Below are positions 24,161-36,800 of a stretch of DNA of 64,000 nucleotides, in pieces. The position numbers and the translations under genes were made by a program. Each line of letters opens with the position of its first letter. Position 1 is the first letter of the stretch. Under the pieces are notes generated by a model that was given only the letters and a program-made list of their open reading frames with translations, was not told the DNA's origin and made no database searches. The stretch comes from Blepharisma stoltei ATCC 30299 (taxonomy: Eukaryota; Protista; Ciliophora), in the NCBI GenBank assembly GCA_965603825.1, contig CBFDEM010000033.1:372001-436000 (forward strand), in the 5' to 3' direction.

Positions 24161-24769
24161 ATGGAAAGTGGTTGGGTCAGTACTTCAAGCACAGTTCTCA
24201 GTAGAGCACTTGAAGAAGTCAAAGATCTTGCAGGAAGAAGTGACTGGGGTGCAAGAGATCCTGAAGGCGGAGTTGAATATTCTGCTCGCCCTCATGATGA
24301 TTACCCTATTGCAAGAGGTATCGGAGAGATTAATGCTCCTTTAGAAACTTGCGTCCAGTATTTCAGAAATCATAATAACAACAGCCAATGAAGTGAGACT
24401 CTAAAATCAATTACAGTTCTTCAAGACACTGGAAACTTAAAGCTGCTCAAATCAATAATAAAAGCAAGATGGCCTATGAGTGATCGAGAACTTCTTTTCG
24501 CTCAACAAGAATTTCCTGAAAATAGTGGGAATACAGTTTATGTCATTGAAAAAAGCGTAGAACTTGCTGAATACCCTCTTCAGAAAGGATATGTGAGAGC
24601 TCACTTGAATTTTAGCGGGTATATTTTTGAAAGGTTGGATTCGAATAGAACAAGAGTGACTTATATAGTACAATTCAATCCGGAAGGGATGGTACCTGGA
24701 TTTGTAAGAGAGAAGATGCAGCTTCGTCATGCAGCCAGAATTGGTATTGCTAAGAAAACATTTGGCTAA
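24161..24769 (+). CDS. START-domain lipid-transfer protein
   Basis: TGA=W at 24389-24391 joins two ORFs; WPMSDRELL, KGYVRA, GYIFE, TRVTYIVQFNPEGMVP. Confidence 0.88.
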
Positions 24770-25512
24770 TTAATTTACAATTAAAGTTATCAGTTTTAAA
24801 TTTAAAATTAACGTTTATTTGTTTTTTTAAGAATATAGAGCAGCTTTAGTATTATTCATAATAAAGAATTAGTAAAGAGGGCTTAAATTGTTTGATGATC
24901 TTTAACCACTAAAACAGTAATTTATTTTAAAATTTAAAGCAATTACTTATATTTTCATATTAATTATCCTTAAAGCGCAGCTTATTTTAATTAAATGCAT
25001 TAAAATTATTATATTGCCGATAATTATTAATTCTAAAATATTGTTACTAAAATTGTTTCTGATATTTAATATTCAGAGTGATTCTAGTAATATAAAAATA
25101 TCAAATAAGATCAGGAATTGAACTCAATTCTTAGAACAAACAATCTTTTTTGGGTTAATTACTGATGCTAGTATAAATTTAACATTGAAATTATGTATTA
25201 AATTTTTTCAAAAATAAACAATTTATAAATAATTGATAGAAAGTAAAGTTTTATAAGTAATAATGAAGATGCTTGCGATTTCATTATAATAAATATCAAG
25301 GTTTCTTAAATATTTTTTACACACTTATGAGGAGGATGATATCTAAGAAATAGTTTTTATTCTAAAAGCTTTTCATACTCATGAAGAAAAATATAAAATT
25401 TATCAAAGCTAGAATAGCAATATATAATTCACCTTGAAAAGAGATAAATATAATTAATTCAAAATTCATTCAATTTGTAGATTTAAACTTAATCAAAATG
25501 AAGTTTTATAAA

Positions 25513-25800
25513 ATGTCGTTGTTCTTATATGATGAGTCTCGATTTGGACCTGCAGGAATAATAACTGATGGAGGCGGATTTCCAGTCTCTTCACTTGGAA
25601 AAAGCTTTACAAGGCTTAGTAGAATCAGTGGCCAAGCTCCACCAAGAAATACCCTCTGTCTATTATCAGAAAATGTCTCTAATATCTGGCTTCCAGGCTG
25701 GGATTTAATGTGTAGAAGTGTCAGAAATAATATTAACTTGGGAGGAGGTGTTTCTTGCATCAATTTAATGATTGGATTTGATCCTAGTACCTTAAGTTAA
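25513..25800 (+). CDS. Small hypothetical protein (~95 aa; alternative ATG at 25498)
   Basis: GC-richer open frame with AAAATG context and TAA stop inside a long AT-rich spacer; no recognisable domain. Confidence 0.5.
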   Translation: MSLFLYDESRFGPAGIITDGGGFPVSSLGKSFTRLSRISGQAPPRNTLCLLSENVSNIWLPGWDLMCRSVRNNINLGGGVSCINLMIGFDPSTLS

Positions 25801-26862
25801 ACAATCTTTCTATAAATGTTAAATTATATAGCTTTTTATGCGCTTTTTAATTTACACAAAACAGCTCTCGAATAATGATTAACCTTCTGTTTTTGATTAG
25901 AGAAAGGGACTTAACGTGCCGAATAAGTAGGGATAACCAATAAAAATGCACAAAAAAAGAATTTGGCACACAAAATAATTCTAAATGGCTAGAAAACAAA
26001 ACTGTGAAAAATGTTAAATCAAAAAATCTTAATAAGCCCAAAATATTCCCAATAAAATTTAATTTGATATGCCTAAATTTACGTGTCAACAACTTTTGGC
26101 TTTCTACATATTTTTCACGATCTATTAGGAATATAAAATTTTGTCATACCATTCTTTCTTGCAAAATTTTTTCATAAGCCTGAAAGTTTATTTTGTTAGA
26201 GTTCTGCAGGTTTTTGCGTATATCTAGTAAACTATATGTGTTTTCCTGCGTTAAATTGATAATTTAGGCAATTATGGGTGTTGTTTTCAGACTCTGCTAA
26301 TTGTATATTTTTTATAGTTAAAAACAGCTAACTATTAATTTACTTACTTTGCTTAATCATCTATCATTATTTAGTCCTCTGAGTTTTCAATTAGAAATCC
26401 ATTGTTCAACTAAGCCTGTATAAAGGCTAGTCTCACAATTAATTAAATAGTAAATATAGTTCTTATGTACTTGTTTATGAAATATTAGCGCAGCAATGCT
26501 TGAAAACTCTTTTAAAATTTAAGCTTTATACTAACTACTTCATGCATTAAATCCTTACTCTTCTCAAATCTTTGAAGTATTGATTAAGGAAGTGATTGCT
26601 AGTTCCTTTAGCATGAAAACCTTATCAAAGATGAAACTATGCTACTTAATTTTATTTGGAAAGTATTTTGCGTCGCTATTTACATATACTTAATAGCTTA
26701 ATTCTATTTTAGAGTATGAATTAACTGCGATCGTTAATTATTTATTTACGCGGTATATCCATTGAAAAAGATAGACTAATTTTTCTCATCCATTTTATTC
26801 AAATTCCCTTTTAAATCTAATTTATCTCCAGTCACGAAAATTAGATTAAATAGAAACTTCAC

Positions 26863-28398
26863 ATGGTGAATTCGCTTTTAAGCACCCTTTCTGTATTACA
26901 AGTATCAATTTCAAAAAATGACTACAATCATTCTTCCCTTATGTCCCTTATCGAGAATGCTGCAACTGAAGCAATCCCAGAAAACCCTTCAAAAGTTGCA
27001 GTAGACTTGTCATTTCTTGAAGAAATAGCAAACTTAGTCAGCAAGCTGTCCTCTGAAGATTTAATCCTCCATGATTACTTGGCAGTAATTGAAAGTGGCA
27101 TCCATAAATTTGTTCGATATTGGAAAGGTGTATCAGACTTGCAAAACGACTTGGTTTCAATTAAAGAAATTCTTGTCAGAAACTCAAAAACAATCAATTC
27201 TCAGATGAAAAGGGTTGCAAGGATCCTCAAAGACTATAGAGACCGATGCAGGGTTTCCTTTTTGGAATATCTAAAATTCCTTGATTTAGAACTTCGAAGA
27301 ATTCTAAAGCCTTTAGTTCCCACAAGTACTGTAGTAGAGCAGGTCAAATTTCCACTCATAAATGATAATGCAAGTTTAAGAAGTTCTGTCGCTGTGTCTC
27401 AGCCAGAATCTGCAAGGGAATCTATACCCCATCAGAGCCCAAGGGAAGATTTAGAAACTTTGAATACCCAAAATACATCTGAACATACAATAGAGAAGCT
27501 AAATAATCATGTACATATGCTAGTCAGTACATTAGAAAGGGTAGCAAAAGATCTTATACAAGTTGTAGCAGAGTCTGATAGACAATATTATGAGCTTTTA
27601 AATAAAATTGAAGTCTACTCGAGGCCGCCTACTCCATTAGCTGCACCTTTGCCCGAATATTTTTGTTTCGATACAGAGGATTCTAATCAGAACTTAAGGC
27701 CAGAAAAACAAATTTTTCCGAAGAAAACCAAGGCAAAATGAAGGGAAAGGCTAAAATTGCTATATAAAAATAAAGAAATTGATGAAAATGTATATACAAA
27801 GCTGCTTAAAAAAATTAATTTATTTGATGATAATGATGCAAAAGTAGATTTAGAAGAACTATTCAAAGACACTGATCTTTCTATGGATGTCAGAGAAGAT
27901 GCAGCGTTTTGCTTAGTAAATACTTCCAAAATACCTCAGCAAGATGTATCAATTGCTGATCTCATGCTAATAGAAGAAGATGCAAGAAGGTCTATTAGCA
28001 ATGAAAGGATACCAGAAAATTTAAAACCAGAACCACCAAAAGAGCCAAAACCAAAAAATAGACCTGCTCATAAACTAGAAAAGCAAATTACAGAAGTGAA
28101 ACAAAAGCCAACAAATCCAGTGTTTAGTGAACTCTCGCCGCATAGAGCAGAGAAACCATCGCCTGTGTCTAAAGCAAGCCAAATTAGAAGATCTGTGCCT
28201 GCTACTAAGCCTTATTCGAAATTTATTGCTCAAAAGCAGCACGAGAGTTCGTTTAGTAGTGATAGGAAAGATGTGAGAGTGAGATCCATTACACCAGTAG
28301 ATAAGCCTAAGTTTAGGTTTGGAAGAAAAAGAAGAACGAAGACTCCTTCGGGTTCTATCCCATATTCACATTTGAATAGCTTCAGCGCTATACACTAA
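26863..28398 (+). CDS. Hypothetical helical/coiled-coil protein with S/P/K-rich C-terminus
   Basis: Two ORFs joined in frame by TGA at 27739-27741; TAA stop. Confidence 0.75.
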
Positions 28399-28928
28399 TG
28401 TTTTTATACTTTTGCTGAAATTAAACATAAAATAAAATCATAAATAAATAAGATCATATTCTAAACATTAGGTAGTGGACTTTGAGTATTTGTATAGTAT
28501 ATTAGCTATAAAGCATTAAAATTGTGTATTTTCTTAATGAGACTCATCTAAATCAATTACAGGGCCTAAGATATCAAATTAAGCTTAATAATTGAAGCTA
28601 TTTTGCTTTCAATAGAATTTTTTTGCCATTTTTGCTTTCTGCAAATTTTTGCATTAATGAATAAAAATAATCATGCCGGAATCCATAGAATATGAACAAC
28701 CTCATAAGTAAAGCCAACTTTTTCTTAATTTAAAGCAATAGACTTTGATTACTTTCATCGAAACAAAAATGCTAAATTGCTTTTATTGACGTAAGCAATT
28801 GAAAATTAAATCTAAGCCTTGATGCCCTTGCATTGCACAGTCAAAATCAAAAGTAATCAAAGCTTAATTGATTGAAATGATTCATTATATCTGTATCTAT
28901 ATTGACTGAATAATTAAAAATCAAAAAA

Positions 28929-29768
28929 ATGAAACCTGAAGAAATTCTCCCTGAACTCTTACTGAATAACACAACATATAAAATTTCAGCAGGAAGAAGG
29001 GCTAAAGCCGATGCCATTATACGAGCACAATTTACATGCAGGAGAGGCTGTCCAAAAAAGGAATATTTAAGATGCAAGCTAATTAGAGGACACAAAAGAC
29101 TTATGAGACAAATTAAGAAAAATATTAAGCCAGAAAAAACACTGAATAAATTTGATTCAAATAATCAAGTTGGTAGAGAAAACTGAAATCTACTGGTTCA
29201 ATGCAGCATTGAATCTAGAGCCGAAATCGAAGCATGAAGCAAAACTGAAGCGGGACCACTGACTGACGGGAAAAGCAAAAGAAAAGACAATGCTGATGAT
29301 ACCTGCAAGTCTTTTAACATGAAATTCTGTCAGTGATATTTCAGTCCTCTCCCAATCAGAAAATCTTATTATTACTACACAGAATTATTATTCGCAGAGT
29401 TTAGTCCAGAAATTCTAAATGATAAGTTTGAGTTTAATTGCTGCAATGAAGATCAGCACAGTTTGGAATGCTATCAAAAATGAGCACATATGAAAAAGTA
29501 TATTAATACGTTTTTGATTGAAGATCTGGAGCTCGAACCGTGGTTTCCTGACCGCCAGGTTGTGCCAAGGCTTCCAAATATTTTAGAGGGAAATATGTTT
29601 GAATTAATATACAATCAAATTAAATCGCTTTCAAAGCAAGAGAATTCTGATACTGCAATTTCTGATGAAGCTAAAACCATTTTTACACAAGATATATCAA
29701 CTGTTGAAGAAGTCAAGCAAGCTTCTTCTGAGGGATCTGCTTTTAAGCATTATAAAGCGATAATATAG
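28929..29768 (+). CDS. Hypothetical protein with basic helix and CC-x4-H-x3-C motif
   Basis: One frame through TGA at 29184, 29235, 29334 and 29481; KKEYLRCKLIRGHKR, KSFNMKFC, CCNEDQHSLEC; TAG stop. Confidence 0.78.
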
Positions 29769-30828
29769 TTACTATTATAAATTATTGAATAATTTTCAAA
29801 ACTATTCATTTAGGTATTTGCAAAGCTCGTGTTGGTTTTACATGAAATATTTGTTTGATAAATTTTATTATATATAATAAGTGCCCCAAATTCATCAAAA
29901 ATAGTACAAATACAGATGAATTTTTTCAAAAGTATTTTTAATCATTTTATACATTACATAGATAATAATTTGTTGTAACTTTAAAGAATTTATTATAAAA
30001 ATGAATTAAATTTAATCTTTATTTATACAATTAATTGGATTTTATACATTAAGACCTTTTTTTTAATAGAGTGTTGAATTTAGTCTATGATTTAGGATAT
30101 TTTATAATATTAATTATTGATTATATTTGGCATACTTTTAAATTGAATACTTTTCTTAATTCTGTAGGCTGAATTCTTGATTAATTATTACGAGGCAATT
30201 TTGCAACACTTTGGTTTATTGTTTTAGCAGAAATAAAATGATAAATTTTTGACTATCAGCATAAAACAGACATTAAAATAGGCTGAAAAAAATTATACTG
30301 CAAAAATAATCGAATTCCACTTGCTCTACATAAAACAAAAATTAGCGATTCCTCGAGCAAAAGTGGTGCCAGAAAAAATAAAGAATAAAGCCTGCAAAGA
30401 AAAAATTAGGCAAGCAAAGATAGGCCAAACAAAATAGATGAAAAATGTTTTTGTGAAGTAGAAATTGTGTGAATTGAATGTCAATAAGCCTTATAATAAT
30501 TGAAATCGTGCTTGATGTTTTAGTGTGTTTTGATTCCGTTTTCATTTGAAGTCTGCCTAGAGTAATTGCATAATATCCAGTAGTTTTTTATTTAAATTTA
30601 TAAGATTCTATTAATTTTTCATTTAAAACGCATAAAAATGCATTTAAGGTTCTTAAGGAATAGTCAATCTTATAGCTAAATTGATTAATATGATTAAAAT
30701 AAACTAAATAAATCAAACGACACAAATGATCATCGTGCTTCATTTAAAGCGTAAATTAAAAAGAATCATATTATCAGTATGGCACTAATTAGTAATTCGA
30801 TTATATGTTTATTATTGATATTAAGTTA

Positions 30829-33800
30829 TTAATCCATTTTCTCCTTTATGGAGCTTGTTCCTGTCATTGATTTAACTTGCTCTGTAGAGCGAAGAATATC
30901 TATTAACTCATAATAAAGCTCTTCCTCTTTTATTAATTGCCCTCTCATACGGCACACATAAATTCCTGAGCATAAAGTAATTAAAGGCACTGGATTTTTC
31001 ATATCAGTCATATAAATATTTTGTGAACCCCCTGTTACAAAGTATCTTAGGAATCTAGCTATAAGATAAACAATAGAGATATAAAATGCCCATAGCGAGA
31101 AGCCGAAAGTGACTGGACTATAACTATCAGAAATAACATAAAAAACAGGTCCTTTAGGTCTTCGCTGACCTGTTAATATTCCTACTTCCCAATATGATGA
31201 ATTTCTCTCATCTTTGTGAATTTTCATGTATAAATTTGGTGAGAATTTTTCATCAATTACTGTATAAGGAGTTATTGTTGCTCCTGCGCTTGGAAGCTTT
31301 ACGAAACTACCGTAGAAATGGGTTTTAGAGTAAATCATATCATATTTTCCTTCACAGATCATCTGATAGAACGTATTTGTGGAATTGCCCAAAGGAATAA
31401 ATAAAGTCTCAGAAACTCCTGGCTGAGTTGTTGGATAAGTTCTTCAAAATGTATAAACCATTAGCAGCTTCGATTCTTGATAGTTTGCAGTATTATTCAA
31501 TGTATAACATAGTCTATCTCTACTAGGTGGAGTAATTCCCCAATATGTTTCTTGAAATCTCGGCAACGAAATAACCTGCAGGTGTGGCTTATCACTAGAT
31601 TGGATATCTTTGACCTCATTCATGTTTTTAGCATTTCATTCTTCATCTGTGATAAAATGCATTTCATCATGGGATTTTGTGTCATATAAGGAATAGCTTC
31701 TGCTTTGACAAATAATTTTTATTTTCATATCCATTCATTTCACATCATTTTTTTCCATTATAGGATTTAAAGAACTAAAAATAATTAGTGGAATCAGTAT
31801 CACGAAGCATATTAAAAACAGTGTAAAAAATCCCATATAACCTTTTTGCCATGCTGAAATATTTTCTCCTTTTTTATGATAACTGTAAGATAATTGTATG
31901 CATCTTGTCTGATATAGTCTCGCATTTATATCTTCAAATTTAAACCACTGGAACAAATCAAGAGCAGTTGGTGTAAACGTTCAGTCTAAAAGTGTTCTTA
32001 GCTCATATAAAAATGGTAATGCTAAATATGCTTTGAATAGCCTATAAGAAGTCATTGACGTGCTTCTCATAAAAGGAAATGATACTTTTCTAAAGGAAGG
32101 AAGCCCATGTCTGATCTGTAGTGACATAATAACAAAGTATATTGCAAAAAGAATGTAAAACCATTCAATATAAACATTTATTTGGAAGTCATTGCAATCT
32201 CTGTTATCAAATGATGTGCAATAAGGTTTGCCTGAAAGACTGCGATTTCCATCAATTGGGAAATACCAAAACACTAAAGCGTGGATAGCTGCCATAATCA
32301 AGATATTGGAAAGGAGTCTAACTATCATAGCTTTATTCCATCTTTTTTCAGAGCTCTTTTCAAGATGAGGAGCCTCATAATTAAATTCAATTAAGATTTG
32401 ATTTAAAATATTGTAAATAGCATGGTCGCCTTTCCAATCCCCATTGATAAATTCTGGGATAATGCTTTTTTCATAGTTATCAATAATTTTATGATGAATA
32501 TTCTTCTTGCAGATCATTTTTGGGGGGTATTTAGGGTACTGAAATGGGAAAATTATTGTAGCCTCAATTTTTTTGTCTTTTGAATTTTCTATAGCTTCTA
32601 CATTAAATACGACTTTCCATTGAACTATTTCGTGATCTCCTTCAACCCAAGTTACTTTGATATTTTTGCAATTTTCAGCTTCTGTAAATTGCCTGTGAAT
32701 AAGTTCCTTGTCAAACTCAATTTTTTCAGTAGAAGCTGCTGGTAAGAAAGTCATTTTTTTCGTGCTTGCTCTTCTTTGGCCCCTTTTAGCATTTAATAAA
32801 GTGTCTTTTCTTTCCAATGATGCCACTTGGTCATCTTTCAACGCTTGTGATGTTTTTCTTACATACAAATACCTTTCGATTAATATTAAAAAGAACTGAA
32901 GCATCAAAGCAATTACCATTCTTCCTTGAAACTGGTTAGCTTTTATTGACTGAGAAATATCATGTGAATAGCCTTCCATTCTTGTAAAGCAAATAAAAAT
33001 GTAAACCAAAATAATAAGTTGTATCAAAATTAGAGGAAGATATAAATCTTTGCCTGGCTTCTCTTCTTTGTTTTTAGGAATTATCCTAGATATTAATTTA
33101 ACGAATTTGCCAAAGAAAGAGCCAGAATCTATCTGATAGGGGTAATGAGATTTTAATTCCAAACTTTCATCAGCGCTGCTTACTTGTTTGATATATCGAA
33201 CCTTGGCCTGCTCAAAAGACTCAATTTCATACTCCACACGATTGTGCAGTCCTACTCTTCTCAGATAATAAGTATGGAATAAAATTGTAACGATAAGCAA
33301 GGCATCATAGAAAATATACCAGAAGAATGCTCCGCTATATGTGTTTTGGGCTAAATTAAATCCTATTTTTGCTGGATCATGATAATTTATGGGAAACACA
33401 TCATTGGTTAAATATGGCCACAAGTCAAGCTGGAAGCAAAATTTAACAAAAACGACAGTGCTTATATAATATAATAATAGCCAAAAATAGTTAGATGGGG
33501 GTCTTGGGTTCTCGAACATAGCATATCCTACAATAGATATTGGTAAAATAACTGATTCTAAGCTTGCGTATATAAAATTGTTAAGAAAGCACATAAAAAA
33601 CACAATATTTTGTGTGTTGCTGGCTGGAATATAAAGTAAAAGCAGCTTAATATAATCACTTAGCGTCAAATTATATACTTCTACAGCAGAAGATTCATCT
33701 TCTAAATTAAGCTCATTATCTTCTTTTGATTGCTTGTTGCTGACAGAAGCTCTTCTAAAAATTTTTTGGGGCTGAGAACCTAAATCTTCAAGTTCAATAT

Positions 33801-36800
33801 TAATATTCTGAATTTTGGAGTTTCTTTCAATTATAGTTGAAATAAACTTTCTAAACATCGCAGTATCTACCATGCTTATAAGAATTCTATCAAAAATATT
33901 TTTAATTTTCTTCATTTGGCCTTCTTTTTCAATTTCATAAGATTCATTTTCTGATTTTTGGTATGTAAAAGTTATTGGCGCATTTTTTCTAATTAAATTA
34001 AGCTGAGTTTCTAATCTTTCAAGCTTCTCTACAAATATGGCTCTTCTTTGCTCATATTTTATGTTTTTCTCAATTAGCCCATCATTAAATAGCCTAGCCT
34101 TTTCAATTCCTATTCCAATTGATTCACGAAGGATTTCCTTTGTTAGAGAGTCAAAATATACCAGAAATTCTTGGCTGTTGATCATTCGGTATATAACATA
34201 CATTAGTGTAAAAATAAGAATTTTCATATCTATTTCAAGCTGTGAACTTGAATAGTCTTCTGAGTTTTCTTCGTCAGTTCCTGCACTCCACAGTCTTTTC
34301 ACTCCAATTACTTTAAACAGACTACTATCCTTATAGCTATCAAACACTTTAAATGGGATTTGGAAAACAAATTGAATAATAAGATCCAATAAAGTGTATA
34401 TAAGAAGATGTGATAACAACCTTGTGTAGGATCCTAGATTTGATTTTACTAGAGTCGTTTCTTTGATAATCAATAATAAAGAAAAAATGATATAAACCAA
34501 ACTGATAAGTCCAAAACTGTTAGTCAAAAATAGTAGAACAAGAAACAGCAGTAACAGTCTTGAAAATCTTAAAGTATTTTTCTTCAGGGTATCCATAAAG
34601 ATTTTCAATTTTTCGGTTTCTTTTTCTTCATTCTTTGCTTCTGCAAACTCACCTTTTTCTTTTTCTAATTTTTTAAGTTTGTCTCTTTCATTTGAAAGTA
34701 CAATAAAATGGAATAGACATAGCAATAATATTATTTCGTCATATAGCAAGGAATGGAGCTGAGAAATTTCAGTCCCTAAACTTAGAAAATAAGCATCATC
34801 TTTTGTAGGCCAATCAATGCGAGCATACCAAGGATTTTCGAATGGATCTCTAGCAGGCGACTTTTGTGGTGAATTTTTTCCATTAATGTTGCTCAAAATC
34901 AATGAATACTGCAAGATAACCATAATTGCGACGACTATACAAATGATCACCTTTTGATTTCTTTTATTAGCTAAAGGTACAAATAAAGCTGTAAGGAGAT
35001 AGACAAAGCCAATAACAGTGAGTTTTTGGAAAGCTGTAAATAAGAGTATCATAGGTATTATAGCCTCTGAAATAGTCCTTAGCCAAGTTAAAATTCTAAC
35101 CACAATCACATTTACCTTTTTGCTTATTTTTACTTTATCACTTTTCAATAGCCCAGTCAAATATGTGGCATCATAATTCGGCTTTAAATACTCCAAACAG
35201 TGCCTTTCAATTATCAGCATTATGCAAATTACTACATACCCATAATTATCAAAAATACTCCATTTCTTTGATGCGCTAAATCCTGAAAAATAAAATATTC
35301 ATTCAGTGTATTCGTATGATTGTGATTCATATAATGGCTGCATCATGATATCAGTATATGAAAAAATCAGTGCTAATATTGTGATTGTAAATAGGACTTT
35401 TCACATATTAAGTCTATAATTTCACTCCTTTCGGTAGCCTGTTTTATTTTTAGAATTAAGGTATATGGAAATAGCAATGAAATAGATAATGATTACAATC
35501 AAATAGAGAAGCATAGAGAATGATAATTTTCAGTAGCATGATAAATAGAAAATCGTAAATAAAAGAGCAAAATTGAAGCACTCACAAAAAGCTCTGAATT
35601 GATAGGTTTTAATTAACTCAGAAATTGTCATTTTTGAAGATTCTTGTTGTCTGATTATTAAGTGATAGGTGTATTTTGATGAAATAAAGAGACAAGAGTC
35701 AAGCAGAAGTGTGGAATATAAATCTTTTCGGCTGTAAATGCTGAATCCAATTAATGATATATCTAAGGTTGGGAAAGGCAGGTATGGCCAGAATTGGTAA
35801 AAATATTCTCCTATTAAAATTACTGCGCTCAGGCACATGAAGATATAAGTAATTACCCATAATGCTGTGTAGTCATACCACATGAAATTTTCTTTGGTTT
35901 CTTGCCCTTGAAGTGGACTGTTTGTAACGCTAGCATTTGTTATAGTTTTTACTGTAAACTTATTTGTAAGTAAACCCAGCAAAGGATTGTTAATAGATTC
36001 AGGCTGATTTTCTTCTTCTTTATTTTCTTCTTTATCTCCAGCTTCATGATCTTCTTGATCAGCATTTCTATTATCTGGTTTTTTAATTGGTTTTCTCAGT
36101 AATATAAGTAAAACTCCTGCTAAAATGAACCTTCCAAAGTTTATTAAATTTTCTGCTGAAAATAAAATAAAAGTAAAAATAAGAAGGATACTGAGCCATA
36201 TTTCACCTCTCTTAATTCAATGAATAGCTTTATATAAAATCTTTTTTCATGCTTTTATCAGTTTTCTATCTTCTTGTTCTTCCTCGATTTTTAGAGATTC
36301 ACTGTGCAGCTGATGGCTGGCTTTGTTTACTCATAACTGAATTCCAGATAAAATGACAACTGTCCATAATATAACTTCGTTCAGATAAATAACTTTTTCG
36401 TTATCATCTAATGAAATGCCAAGCGAGCCAATTTTATAGTTATCGAGCAGCAAAAACGATGCCAATGAAGGAAATACATTAAAAATTTTAGAGATAAGAA
36501 GAGCTGCCATAGAATATAGCACTAACCATTTCCAGTATTTTTCAATAAGTGGTGGAACAATAAGGAAAATAAAATAAAATATAATAATAATTCCGAGAAT
36601 ATAGTTAATTTCAGAGAGCGCTGCTGACATTATTCCAAATAAAGAAATTCAATGCCAATAGGAAAACAAAGTTCTTAACTTCCTGGTATATTTTTCTTCA
36701 GTTTTTACATAAGGAAGCCTTACTAAAATTAAGAACCATATTGTTGTCACAAATAAATAAGAAATAGCTGCTAAATCTTTGTATGAGTGAGCGTCGTTAT

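Noticed and set aside
24770-26862. Long AT-rich spacers as possible IES, MITE, telomere or RNA-gene sites
   Set aside because: No terminal inverted repeats, telomeric repeats, tRNA/snRNA/rRNA motifs or direct-repeat arrays found by eye; a MAC/MIC comparison and Rfam scan would be needed
30270-30560. Purine-rich, coding-like patch downstream of Piezo
   Set aside because: No frame gives a convincing ATG-to-stop gene or a recognisable product
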